A stretch of 63,241 nt of DNA, counting the filler, from Stramenopiles sp. TOSAG23-6 (lineage: Eukaryota): assembly GCA_900128565.1 (NCBI GenBank). It is 4 parts of 4 records of this genome, joined end to end, with 100 filler letters (N's around TTAATTAATTAA, not from the genome) between each part and the next. Parts side by side here need not be neighbours in the genome. Positions count along the whole stretch, not along the records: positions 31,769 to 47,480 come from LT636107.1; positions 47,581 to 63,241 come from LT636108.1; 2 more parts are not named here. One strand, 5' to 3'. Below the pieces are notes generated by a model. The model worked only from the letters and a program-made list of their open reading frames with translations. It ran no database searches and was not told the DNA's origin. The position numbers were made by a program, and so were the translations under genes. Below, in pieces: positions 45,901 to 56,036 of this stretch; position 1 is the stretch's first letter; each line of letters opens with the position of its first letter.

Positions 45901-46542
45901 ATGGCGTCTTCGAGTCAAAGCAGTAGGCATCCAATTGCTTTGTTGGGCTTTATAGGATTAGGGTTATTGGGTGTCTCATTGTATTTGCTCCTAACAATGA
46001 ACAACTTTGACCCTTCAAATCTTTTATCTGGAACATGTTCCTCAATTACAATAATACAAGATACGGAGAATTTGAAGACTGAATATGAAGGCGATGATGA
46101 TAATTCAGATGAGTTGTACTACAGGGTACGCCAAGTCAAGATTGCTACAACGTTCACCCCCGAAGCTTGGGTGTTTGATGCCGCCACTCGACCTCCAGTG
46201 GACACAACACCAAGGAAACTAAAACGAAGTGAAGAATTTAGAGAAAAGATTGAGAGAGGATGGGGTGTCGTTCTTGGTCAACCATCAAAAGATTCACAGG
46301 CAGCCGCAACTCAAATAAATGAAGCAAAGGTGAAAATCTGGATCAATAAGTATACCCCAATAAATATTTGTTTCGCTTTTTCAGAGGTAGACAATGGTTG
46401 GTTTGTGACAAAGGAAATGTACGAGGAGATTACTGAAAGACCACAATGGAGGATGGCAAAAGGCATTGTATGTGGCTGTATTAGTTTTTTGTTCGTTGGG
46501 ATGTACGTTGCAATAGCGAGAAATAAACGCAAGTCTAGCTGA
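45901..46542 (+). CDS. Hypothetical two-TM membrane protein
   Basis: ATG 45901; hydrophobic stretches near both termini. Confidence 0.65.
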   Translation: MASSSQSSRHPIALLGFIGLGLLGVSLYLLLTMNNFDPSNLLSGTCSSITIIQDTENLKTEYEGDDDNSDELYYRVRQVKIATTFTPEAWVFDAATRPPVDTTPRKLKRSEEFREKIERGWGVVLGQPSKDSQAAATQINEAKVKIWINKYTPINICFAFSEVDNGWFVTKEMYEEITERPQWRMAKGIVCGCISFLFVGMYVAIARNKRKSS

Positions 46543-46725
46543 TAAACTATAAAATAAAGAAGACCCCAAAATTTTATTTTCTTTGTTATTTCGAAAGAAA
46601 TTTATATTTCCTACTTGCATCATTCATTATGTGGCCGACTTCCAGATGCAGCTCAGGGCGCAAATCATCTTTTTGGTTTATTCTACCGAATGGGTTTCAA
46701 GGTCCTGCCAATCACGGGTCGATAG

Positions 46726-46740
46726 AAACCCTAACCCTAA
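46726..46740. repeat. Telomeric motif AAACCCTAACCCTAA between convergent ORFs
   Basis: Read directly. Confidence 0.85.
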
Positions 46741-46839
46741 TTCTCTCTGACTTAATGCAAATCAAAGTCGGAGAAAGATAAAAAAAGTAGCTATCCACGC
46801 TGATAGTAATCCCGCCAATCCCCAACGCCAAGTGGGCGA

Positions 46840-47469
46840 TTACCCATTTTCGGTTTCCCTCCTTTTTCTCGTTTTTTTCCGGGGGGAGAATTTACATTTG
46901 TCACAATTCTCACATTTGTCTATTCCACAATCTTCCACCCATTTTTCCCATTCCTCCGCCTGTTTGTCTTCGTCATCACAATTTAATTTTAAACCCTTTG
47001 GCTTATGTATACAAAGTCTATATGGAGCTTGCAAAATGTTCCAAAGAGCTGTTCCACAATCTTTCTTCCTTTTAGCTTCGTCATCTTTCTTCTTGTTCAA
47101 CTTTTGGTGGCAATCATGTAAGTTTATTTCATGAAATTTTGATTTTTTTGTAGCATTGTTTAGTTCGGTATATAATTTGCTAGCAGTCGAGCAATTTTCT
47201 CCCCATTGAAAAAATATACGTGCGTGTTTTACTCTATCTATTTCAAGTCCGGCAATTTCTTTGTTTTTTTCTTTTTCCCCTTTCGGCCAATATAACAAAT
47301 GGTTTGGTGGTGGAACACACACTTTTTTTTTCTTTGGACATTTCTTTACCAAATGAAACTTGTCGTTGAGGTCTTGCGGGTAGTTTCGTTCTATGTATTC
47401 CATAACTTTATCTATAATTTCAATAAATAATCTGCATTTTAAGTTCTTTGAGTTTTCTACAAGTTTCAT
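46840..47469 (-). CDS. Hypothetical Lys/Cys-rich protein at contig end
   Basis: 209-aa ORF, no recognised motif. Confidence 0.45.
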   Translation of the reverse strand: MKLVENSKNLKCRLFIEIIDKVMEYIERNYPQDLNDKFHLVKKCPKKKKVCVPPPNHLLYWPKGEKEKNKEIAGLEIDRVKHARIFFQWGENCSTASKLYTELNNATKKSKFHEINLHDCHQKLNKKKDDEAKRKKDCGTALWNILQAPYRLCIHKPKGLKLNCDDEDKQAEEWEKWVEDCGIDKCENCDKCKFSPRKKTRKRRETENG

Positions 47470-47480
47470 AATTTTTTTTT

Positions 47481-47580
47481 NNNNNNNNNNNNNNNNNNNN
47501 NNNNNNNNNNNNNNNNNNNNNNNNTTAATTAATTAANNNNNNNNNNNNNNNNNNNNNNNNNNNNNNNNNNNNNNNNNNNN
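47481..47580. other. Artificial contig linker
   Basis: N44-TTAATTAATTAA-N44. Confidence 0.97.
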
Positions 47581-49071
47581 TGCGATGAACTATCTAATAC
47601 AAATAAAGAAGCACATAAAAAGGCAATGTTGGGTATATTGAGCACACTTCCATGCTTAGAAATGTCGAAAGCTAACTCTATTCAACACAAACAAGCTTTA
47701 CGCGGTGTATTGAATCAATTACCATGTAATGAACTATCTAATACAAATAAAGAAGCACATAAAAAGGCAATGCTAGGTGTATTAGAAACGCTTCATTCTT
47801 CTGTGATAAATAATGTAAGTACTCACATGAATAGTTCTACTGACTTGTTAGAAATTACATCAGCTTCATTAGCTGATTTTTATAGGCAAATTGAATCGGC
47901 GAATAAGACCATAGAAAAAATCGACCATCGCCAAAATTTAGATGTTGAGGAAACTCAAGGCCAAACCAAGGTCTACATAGAAAAGAATCCCATCAACAAT
48001 GTACGATTCCCACCCGAGGATGTGTGCAATACATTTGATATTGACACTGCTACTAGAATATGTACTGTAAAGAAAAATACAGACACCATTATTAGTCAAA
48101 ATAGCACTTTTTCTGACGTCGATGCTGCGTTCAAGATTGAACAAATCAAGAAATGGCATACAATTGAGCTAGATGAACAGAAAATGTTGTTTCAGAAAGA
48201 AAAAGGTAAAGCAGATGGTTACAAGATGTTACTTGCAAAGAAAATGCGTAATATTGCAAGTAACTTGGATTCCTATAAAATTGGGATGAAGAAACAAAAT
48301 GAAAGTCATTACCAAAATGTGAAGGAAATGCAAGCTGCGTTCAATGCAAAGATTGCAAATATAGAAAAACAGAAGGCTTATGATATAAATAGTCTTCAAG
48401 AGACGGTTCAGATACTGGAATCGCGCATAAAACAAATACAAGGAGAAATTGAAAGAGACAACCACATGCGTAAACAAGAATTGTCGTCTTTGAAGCAAAT
48501 CCATTCTGGAGAAGTAGATGAAGTTCGCAAATGTGCATTACAGGAGCAAAAACAATGTACATTATCCCACAAAGAAGAAATGTATAAACTCCAAATCGAC
48601 CATGATATAGCCCATATAAAAAAAATACAAGGAGAAATTGATAGAGAATTGTCAATTTTGAAGCAAATACATTCTGAAGAGGTAGATGAAGTTGACAAAT
48701 GTGGATTACAGGAGCAAAAAAAATGTTCATTATCTCACAAGGAAGAAATATATAGACTCCGAATCGAACACCAGAAAATACGAATGAAAAAGAAAATTAT
48801 GATATTAGAAAAAAGGAAGGAAATATTTAAACTGAAAGAGAAATTATTTGATCAATTTCAGCAGTATAAAAATGAAAAGAATGATCAATTTCTTAGTACT
48901 AAAAAATATCATATGGAACAGATTGAAGCGACTCGCACAATATTGGAGGCAAAGCACGCAGCAGAGCTAGTTAGTCTACAATATAATTTTGAAGAAGCAT
49001 CATCTGCAGCTTTATCGGCTTCAATACGTCAAGTGCGGCAAGAAATGCGAGTAACAAAAGACCAAAAATAA
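47581..49071 (+). CDS. Hypothetical coiled-coil protein with internal duplications, 5'-truncated
   Basis: Frame open from contig start; CxELSNTNKEAHKKAMLG x2 and KQIHSxEVDEVxKCxLQEQK x2. Confidence 0.65.
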   Translation, partial: CDELSNTNKEAHKKAMLGILSTLPCLEMSKANSIQHKQALRGVLNQLPCNELSNTNKEAHKKAMLGVLETLHSSVINNVSTHMNSSTDLLEITSASLADFYRQIESANKTIEKIDHRQNLDVEETQGQTKVYIEKNPINNVRFPPEDVCNTFDIDTATRICTVKKNTDTIISQNSTFSDVDAAFKIEQIKKWHTIELDEQKMLFQKEKGKADGYKMLLAKKMRNIASNLDSYKIGMKKQNESHYQNVKEMQAAFNAKIANIEKQKAYDINSLQETVQILESRIKQIQGEIERDNHMRKQELSSLKQIHSGEVDEVRKCALQEQKQCTLSHKEEMYKLQIDHDIAHIKKIQGEIDRELSILKQIHSEEVDEVDKCGLQEQKKCSLSHKEEIYRLRIEHQKIRMKKKIMILEKRKEIFKLKEKLFDQFQQYKNEKNDQFLSTKKYHMEQIEATRTILEAKHAAELVSLQYNFEEASSAALSASIRQVRQEMRVTKDQK

Positions 49072-49207
49072 TCACAAAATGTTTCATTGATTGTAAAGAT
49101 CATCAATACTACATAAAATGAAACATTTTCGGCTATGTGTCAAAAGAAATAGAACACTGTTCCACAAAATTCTATTGAGTACATAAGAATCATGATGAAA
49201 TAGTTTA

Positions 49208-50008
49208 TTATACATTTGTAATTTTTGCAATTTTGTTCTCTTTGTACTCATTTACACTAGTTTCAATACGAGACACTATTTCATTGACATCAGCAAGTTG
49301 TGTATAGAAATCAATAAAGTTTCCATCTGGATCTACCAAATACATAACTATTGAGTGATCTACCAAATAATCTGTATCTTCATCATCGAGATTATTTGTG
49401 TCGCTAAAATATACTCTATACCAACGGGCAGCTGCTGCTACCTGTTTTGGTGTACCGGTTAGAAAATCGAACTTCGGATGGTAATCCTGTTTGTAGTTTT
49501 TCAATTGAGCTATGCTATCTCTTTTCGGGTCCACAGATATAAAAACAGGTTTAATTACCGCATCAACTTTAGGATTTGCATCTATTCTGTCAATAGCGGC
49601 TCCCATTTTCACAAGTTCGGACGGACAAATATCGGGACAGAAGGTGAAACCAAAATATAGAAGCATCCACTCACCACGTTTTTTGTATGTTTCATCACTT
49701 ATAGGAGTTCCATCATGATGAAATAAGTTGAAAGGACCACCAAGAGAAGGCTTACCCACTGTCCGTACTTTAGACATTACTTGAGTTTGGCGTCTTTCCT
49801 TCTCTTTCATGTAGTATGCTACAATACCTGCACCAGTCAATATAGAAACCCCAAAGCCAGCCCAAGTAATAGGTCCTCGATCCTTTCCTGCACCCAATCG
49901 ACGACTGGCGTTGGGAGGAGTAAAGCTCTGTGTTTTTGTCTTTGAAGAACAAAATCGGGAACTATTCAACATATAATATATACGCTTATGGTAGCGTCGA
50001 AGCATCAT
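49208..50008 (-). CDS. SCO1: Mitochondrial copper chaperone SCO1/SenC
   Basis: LGGPFNL, YFGFTFCPDICP, ISVDPKRD, YLVDHSIVMY; presequence-like N-terminus. Confidence 0.95.
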   Translation of the reverse strand: MMLRRYHKRIYYMLNSSRFCSSKTKTQSFTPPNASRRLGAGKDRGPITWAGFGVSILTGAGIVAYYMKEKERRQTQVMSKVRTVGKPSLGGPFNLFHHDGTPISDETYKKRGEWMLLYFGFTFCPDICPSELVKMGAAIDRIDANPKVDAVIKPVFISVDPKRDSIAQLKNYKQDYHPKFDFLTGTPKQVAAAARWYRVYFSDTNNLDDEDTDYLVDHSIVMYLVDPDGNFIDFYTQLADVNEIVSRIETSVNEYKENKIAKITNV

Positions 50009-50327
50009 AGTCTCTGGATTACTTCTTCTACGTAATTCAATATGTGTTCTGTAATTCAGATAAAATACTTGTGTGTACCTTCCCAGGTGACACGAGTCAA
50101 AATATTTTTGAACAAACCTGCTTTTTCTAACAAAATTAATAGCTCGCATCTCAGATCTGATGATGATCGAGATCTCGATAGTGAGTTCCTCTTAAAAAGT
50201 TCAAAACAAATCCACATCATAATCTCTGGGTTTTCTTCACCAAAGGATCCATTCATTTTGTGGTATAACTAATTTTGTTTCAGTTTGGTACATTACTTTA
50301 TTAAAATCAATTGATCTATTTTGAGTG

Positions 50328-53300
50328 ATGGAGAATCTTATCATTCGATCACTTGAGAAAATACGCAAGGCGAGTAGACGAAGTGAGAAGGATCTCCGCC
50401 AGGCTTGTGACAATGTATTACAAGGTCTCAAATCTGCAAAGGCTGAAGGTGTTGCAGAGCACCAACCTGGTGCCGGTGCGGCTGATAAATATTTTCTTCC
50501 TTTCAAATTAGCGTGTGCTTCAACTCTTACAAAAGTTCAGGGTGCATCTTTAGACTGCATAGAAAAGCAAATTGCTCATGGCTATTTACGCGGTAGTGCT
50601 CCAGTCGCAGTAGTCGATGAAAATGGAGACGTCATTGACGGTGAAACACAGACATTAATGGACGTCGTTATACAGACAATTTGTAAATGTAAAGATGCAA
50701 CAAATAGTGATAATGTTCAGTTACAAGTGATAAAGGGTTTACTCACTGCAGTGTCATCTTCAACTTGTGAGGTCCATTCTAAAAGTCTTGTGATGGCTGT
50801 TCAGGCTTGTTATCACATTTATCTAATTACTCGTAACGAAGTAAATCGAACTACCGCAAAAGCGTGTCTCACACAAATGCTTCATGTAGTTTTTCGAAAG
50901 ATGGAATTAGAACATGGAGCAATTGAAAATGAAAGAATGCGAAACCTCATAGAGTCGTCGGCAGAGCTTAAAACTCCACAAAAACCAGGTATGGCTGTAA
51001 ATGGAAAACCTAAAGGATATCTTGGTATTAATGACACAGACTATGGAAAACCTACAATTAATGGACTGTCAGTTTCCGCAGTTACTGATTTACCCATATA
51101 TCCAGCTGTTGCTGAAATGCTCGGAATAGATGTTTCGTGTTTTTCAAAATCTAGTGAGCCTGATGATGACAATGATATAGCTTTATTGAACAAACTGGAA
51201 TTCAGATCATTATTACATCAAGATGCATTCTTCATATTTCGTGCTCTTTGTAAATTAGCAATGAAAACATCAAATGATAATAATAATAATAGAGATGAAT
51301 GGGGTCTAAAAAGTAAACTTCTCTCTTTAGAACTTATTTTTTCTGTCTTGGATCAAGCAGGTCCAGCATTTAGAGGATCAAAGATATTTCTGGCACAAAT
51401 TCGTACACAACTTTGCCGTGCTCTCATACAAAATTGTCTTTCTAATCAACACGAAATCGTGTGTATTTCATTACGCATTTTTATGGTTCTAGTCAATCGA
51501 TTCAAAGATCATGTGGTTGAACAAGTAGAAATTTTCATAAATCAGATTTTTTTACGAATTATTGAATCTTCAAACTCGTCCTTTGAACATAAAATTCTCG
51601 TATTGGATGTTTTTTATAGAATTTGTCAAGATGCAAATGTTGTCGTAGAATTATTTCTTAATTATGATGATACACATGAATCTGGAAGTGAATTTAGTAA
51701 TTTACCTCAGATGCAAGGATTGTTTGAACGAATCGTACACGCACTGGAAAGAGTAGCACAGGGAGTGAGTATGTCATCTGATGGTAGTATGGTATCCAAT
51801 AAAGATAGTAAAAGTAGTATTGCTCAAGATTTAAAATTGCGAAAAGTGGCATTAGCTTCACTTGTTGGAATTTTAGATTCTCTTATAAAATTCACTGATG
51901 AGAATGATAGATCTGATAGTATTTCTCGTTCAGGTACAATGTATAGTGATGGTAGTAATAATCAACGAGATGCTACTACTAGTGATATTGATCCGAATAC
52001 CCCAAATCGACCAAATAATCCAAATGCAGCTCCTGCTGATGGAGAATGGGAAGAAGATGCAAAAGAGACGGATAGTGAAGATAATGAAAATGCTGTTTCC
52101 ACTCCATTTGATAAAAAACGTTCATTACAAAGAGATTTAGAAACAGCATTCCTGAAATTTAAAATGAAACCTAAAAACGGAATTGAATATCTAATCTCAA
52201 AGAAACACTTAAAACGAGATCCCGTAGATGTTGCTTCTTTTCTCCGTCGTTACCCTGATGAATTAGATAAAACACAATGTGGTGATTACCTTGGAAATGA
52301 AAAACCATTTAATATCAAAGTGTTATACGCGTACATTGATTCCATGGATTTTACTAGAATGGAATTTGATAATGCCATCCGGTTTTTTCTTTCAGGTTTT
52401 CGTTTACCAGGAGAAGCTCAAAAAATCGATCGAATAATGGAAAAATTTGCTGAGAGATTTCATCGTTGTAATAAGGATTTGGATTGTACTCCGGGTAGAT
52501 GGGAGTCTGCGGACACAGCATTTGTATTAGGGTATTCTATTATTATGCTTAATACTGATCTACATAATCCAAATATAAAACCAGAGAAGAAAATGTCACT
52601 CCCACAATTTGTAAATCAATGCAAAGAAATTGATGGTGGTAATGATATTGAATATGATTATTTAGCTGGTGTATACTCTCGTATAAAAGAAAATGCAATT
52701 TCTCTAAAAGAGGATGATGATTTACGTGATGCTGTGAAACCCTCTGGAGGTATCTTCTTTGATGAAAGTAGATTTCGTGCAAAAATGTTTAATAAGGAAA
52801 GAGATACGATATTAGGTGGCGCGGAAGCAATGCTTACTCAATTTCAAGGTAAGAAAACACAAAAACGTATTTTTCGATCAGCCGCGGCGTTTGGTAATGC
52901 ACATATCAAACCAATGTTTAATTGTGCATGGGAACCAATGCTTGCTGTGTTTAGTGTCATGCTTGCAACGACTGATAATCAATCTATTGTGGAATTATGT
53001 TTGAGAGGTGTTCGTCATTCTATTCATATTGCTGCTGTTGAATCATTGGAAACACCATTGATGACTTTTGTTGCATGTTTAGTCAAATTTACTGGGCTTC
53101 AAGAACCTTTTGCACATAAAGGTAATAAAGAGATTGAATGTATGAAAGCTCTAGTTGCTGTTGCATTAAGTGATGGTAATTACCTTGGTGCTGTGTGGGA
53201 TAGTGTACTTGCAGCTATATCTCAAGTATCTAGACTACATTTCGCTGCATCCGGTGTAAAATCTATAGCATTTGCACAAAATCAACAAAAGAAAGAAAAT

Positions 53301-55700
53301 CAAAATGGAGGTTTTAGTGGTGGTGTTATCAGTATTATGTCTGGTATGGTAAATCTCAATCAACCAACTGATGAAGAATTAAAACGTACTAAAGCTGAAG
53401 AAATGCGATCTGTTGCTCAATTTGTCATGGATCGAATTGATGTTCGTTCCATTGATCGTATTTTTACATCAAGTCCAAGAATATCTGCTAAAGCTATTCA
53501 TTTTTTTGTTGCAGCTTTGTGTAAAGTATCATTGAAAGAACTTAATGATGCTCGTAATGTATCTGGATTTTCCAAGTCTGATCAACTAGATGATACTCAA
53601 AGTCAACCTCGAATATTTTCATTACAAAAAGTTGTTGAAGTTGCTGACTTTAATATCAGTTGTAGAGGGCGTATTACATGGGCTAAAATTTGGCATGAAT
53701 TATCAGGTTATTTCACTTCTGTTGGATGTCACAAAGAACCTTCCATAGCCATGTATGCTATAGATAGTCTTAAACAATTATCTATGAAATTTTTGGAAAA
53801 AGAAGAATTGGAAGGATTTCAATTTCAAAAACAATTTTTACGTCCTTTTGAAACAATTGTTCGAAAAAGTAAAAATCCTGCTACAAAGGAACTCATTTTA
53901 TGCGTAGTTCAGCATATTGTACTTGCTCGTGTTGATATGTTAAAATCTGGTTGGTCACAAATATTTTCTGTATTAAAAGTTGCTGGAAATGAAAACAATG
54001 CTGAATTAGTTCAATTAGGTTTTTCAATTCTTGATCGAATCACAAAAGATCATTTTGCTTTAGCTGCAGAACATGATTTTGTCGGACTTACAAAATGTCT
54101 TCTTCGTTATTCATGTAGTATATCTGTAAATATTAGTTTAAGTGCATTAGCTCATGTAAGAAACTGTATTTCAAATTTAGCAGATGGTGCCGTCCCAATT
54201 CGTGATTGTACAGATGATGAATTAAAACAAATAGAAAAAAATGAAAGAATCACATTTAGTAATATACCTCGTCATACAGAGCTATGGTGGCCTATGCTCA
54301 CCGGTCTTGCACAACTTGTGACGGAGCCACGTATAGAAGTCCGCATGAGAGCCGTACAATCGTTATTTGGTAGTCTTAATACAGTAGGAAAACAATTTTC
54401 TGAAGATTTATGGCAGGTTATTTTTCAACAAATTTTATTTCGTATTTTTGATGACGTTGATGTCATGGCCCGCGAACAATTAACAAAAGGTCGCCCAGAT
54501 GAACATTCGTGGATGCAAACAACTTGTATGGCTGCTTTAGGTGCACTTATTGATTTATTTTCCATATATTTTGATATTTTGAAGTTTTTACTCCCTGGTA
54601 TGATGCAGTTATTACGTAACTGTATTGATCAAGAAATCCAAGATCTTGCTTGTATTGGTATTGTTTGTTTAAAACAATTATTTATTCTCGTTGGTTCTCG
54701 ACTTGATGATGAAATGTGGGATGAATGTTGTAAATTCTTTGTCTTACTCAATCAGGATACGATGCCATCTGTACTTATTGAAGCAAAACAAGCGATGGAA
54801 TTACCAGTTAGTGATAGTCCACCTACACCACCGCCACGTCCAACTAAGACGCCATCTATGAATAATACACCAGAAGAAGATGTAGATGCAGCAAAAGTAC
54901 CTGAAACAAATGAGTTTCCAAAAGAAAATATGAATGAACAAAATGTAGTCTCGGAAACTGAAAATACTACAAGCAAGAAACTTTTATGGATGCAGACAAG
55001 ATTGAAAAATGGGTTTTTACCATTTAATGAACAAAAAGTCTTTTCACAGTGTAAGATTCAACTAGAAATGTTACCTGCTATTGGAGAAATTATTAAAGTT
55101 TGTTTTCCAACATTACGTGCTCGTCATTTGAAAAAATTAATAGGTTGTTTAAAACATGCATATGCTGTTGCCGCTGTTTTTAATTCATCAAAAGAGTATA
55201 GAGTTGCTATGGCTAATGCAGGATTTATGCGACATCTTAATCTTAAACGTCTTCCTAATTTATTACGTCAAGAAACTGTATCACTCGTACAGTTATTACG
55301 TGTGTTGTTTCGTGTGTATAAAGAAGTTGACTCGGAAGATTTCGTGTTCTCTGATGAGTGGAAGGAGAGACAAACTCTTGTATCAGAACAAATTAAAGAA
55401 ATCAGTATTTCTGTTATATCGAGATATATCAAATTAGATACTCAAGTCAATTTGTCTGGGGCAATTGCATCACCAACTGATATAGAAGAAGGTCGAATGA
55501 TGATTAATGTCACACCACTTCTTGTACAAATTCTTACAGGATTTTTACGCGTTCGTGATGAACAATTTATTGAACATATTGACTGGTTGTATCCAATACT
55601 AGGTGAACTTGTTCAGTGTAGTAGTCGAGATCTTCGATGCGTATTGAAAGAAATATTGGTCAACAGAGTTGGTCCACTTGTGTGTAAGAAGAAAATGTGA
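50328..55700 (+). CDS. Brefeldin A-inhibited ARF-GEF (BIG/Sec7)
   Basis: DCB/HUS region, Sec7 FRLPGEAQKIDRIMEKF, IIMLNTDLHN, HDS motifs FSLQKVVE and YAIDSLKQLSMKFL. Confidence 0.95.
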   Translation: MENLIIRSLEKIRKASRRSEKDLRQACDNVLQGLKSAKAEGVAEHQPGAGAADKYFLPFKLACASTLTKVQGASLDCIEKQIAHGYLRGSAPVAVVDENGDVIDGETQTLMDVVIQTICKCKDATNSDNVQLQVIKGLLTAVSSSTCEVHSKSLVMAVQACYHIYLITRNEVNRTTAKACLTQMLHVVFRKMELEHGAIENERMRNLIESSAELKTPQKPGMAVNGKPKGYLGINDTDYGKPTINGLSVSAVTDLPIYPAVAEMLGIDVSCFSKSSEPDDDNDIALLNKLEFRSLLHQDAFFIFRALCKLAMKTSNDNNNNRDEWGLKSKLLSLELIFSVLDQAGPAFRGSKIFLAQIRTQLCRALIQNCLSNQHEIVCISLRIFMVLVNRFKDHVVEQVEIFINQIFLRIIESSNSSFEHKILVLDVFYRICQDANVVVELFLNYDDTHESGSEFSNLPQMQGLFERIVHALERVAQGVSMSSDGSMVSNKDSKSSIAQDLKLRKVALASLVGILDSLIKFTDENDRSDSISRSGTMYSDGSNNQRDATTSDIDPNTPNRPNNPNAAPADGEWEEDAKETDSEDNENAVSTPFDKKRSLQRDLETAFLKFKMKPKNGIEYLISKKHLKRDPVDVASFLRRYPDELDKTQCGDYLGNEKPFNIKVLYAYIDSMDFTRMEFDNAIRFFLSGFRLPGEAQKIDRIMEKFAERFHRCNKDLDCTPGRWESADTAFVLGYSIIMLNTDLHNPNIKPEKKMSLPQFVNQCKEIDGGNDIEYDYLAGVYSRIKENAISLKEDDDLRDAVKPSGGIFFDESRFRAKMFNKERDTILGGAEAMLTQFQGKKTQKRIFRSAAAFGNAHIKPMFNCAWEPMLAVFSVMLATTDNQSIVELCLRGVRHSIHIAAVESLETPLMTFVACLVKFTGLQEPFAHKGNKEIECMKALVAVALSDGNYLGAVWDSVLAAISQVSRLHFAASGVKSIAFAQNQQKKENQNGGFSGGVISIMSGMVNLNQPTDEELKRTKAEEMRSVAQFVMDRIDVRSIDRIFTSSPRISAKAIHFFVAALCKVSLKELNDARNVSGFSKSDQLDDTQSQPRIFSLQKVVEVADFNISCRGRITWAKIWHELSGYFTSVGCHKEPSIAMYAIDSLKQLSMKFLEKEELEGFQFQKQFLRPFETIVRKSKNPATKELILCVVQHIVLARVDMLKSGWSQIFSVLKVAGNENNAELVQLGFSILDRITKDHFALAAEHDFVGLTKCLLRYSCSISVNISLSALAHVRNCISNLADGAVPIRDCTDDELKQIEKNERITFSNIPRHTELWWPMLTGLAQLVTEPRIEVRMRAVQSLFGSLNTVGKQFSEDLWQVIFQQILFRIFDDVDVMAREQLTKGRPDEHSWMQTTCMAALGALIDLFSIYFDILKFLLPGMMQLLRNCIDQEIQDLACIGIVCLKQLFILVGSRLDDEMWDECCKFFVLLNQDTMPSVLIEAKQAMELPVSDSPPTPPPRPTKTPSMNNTPEEDVDAAKVPETNEFPKENMNEQNVVSETENTTSKKLLWMQTRLKNGFLPFNEQKVFSQCKIQLEMLPAIGEIIKVCFPTLRARHLKKLIGCLKHAYAVAAVFNSSKEYRVAMANAGFMRHLNLKRLPNLLRQETVSLVQLLRVLFRVYKEVDSEDFVFSDEWKERQTLVSEQIKEISISVISRYIKLDTQVNLSGAIASPTDIEEGRMMINVTPLLVQILTGFLRVRDEQFIEHIDWLYPILGELVQCSSRDLRCVLKEILVNRVGPLVCKKKM

Positions 55701-56036
55701 TTATTTCAAATTTATATGATTGATAAACAGTTTCAACATTAAAAAAAAATATTGTTTCCTTACTTTTTTATTCCATACGATTTTTCCGGATCCACACAAT
55801 TATAGCGAAGTGATGTTTGACCACTTCTTGCGAACGAATTTCGTGTTTTTCGTTTTACTTCAGCTCAAGTCGCATATATACTGTCAAATATATCATATCC
55901 CCCTCGTCCTCTTAAGTTCTTACCAAAATTACCGGCAATTGCACTACAAGTACTATAGGCATTTAGTATGATATATTCGCATGACACATCAGTGTCTATG
56001 CTACGATAGTAATAATAGTATATTGATCATTCCCCA

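Noticed and set aside
46840-47469. ORF as the transposase for the element
   Set aside because: No recognisable DDE motif and no element termini flank it.
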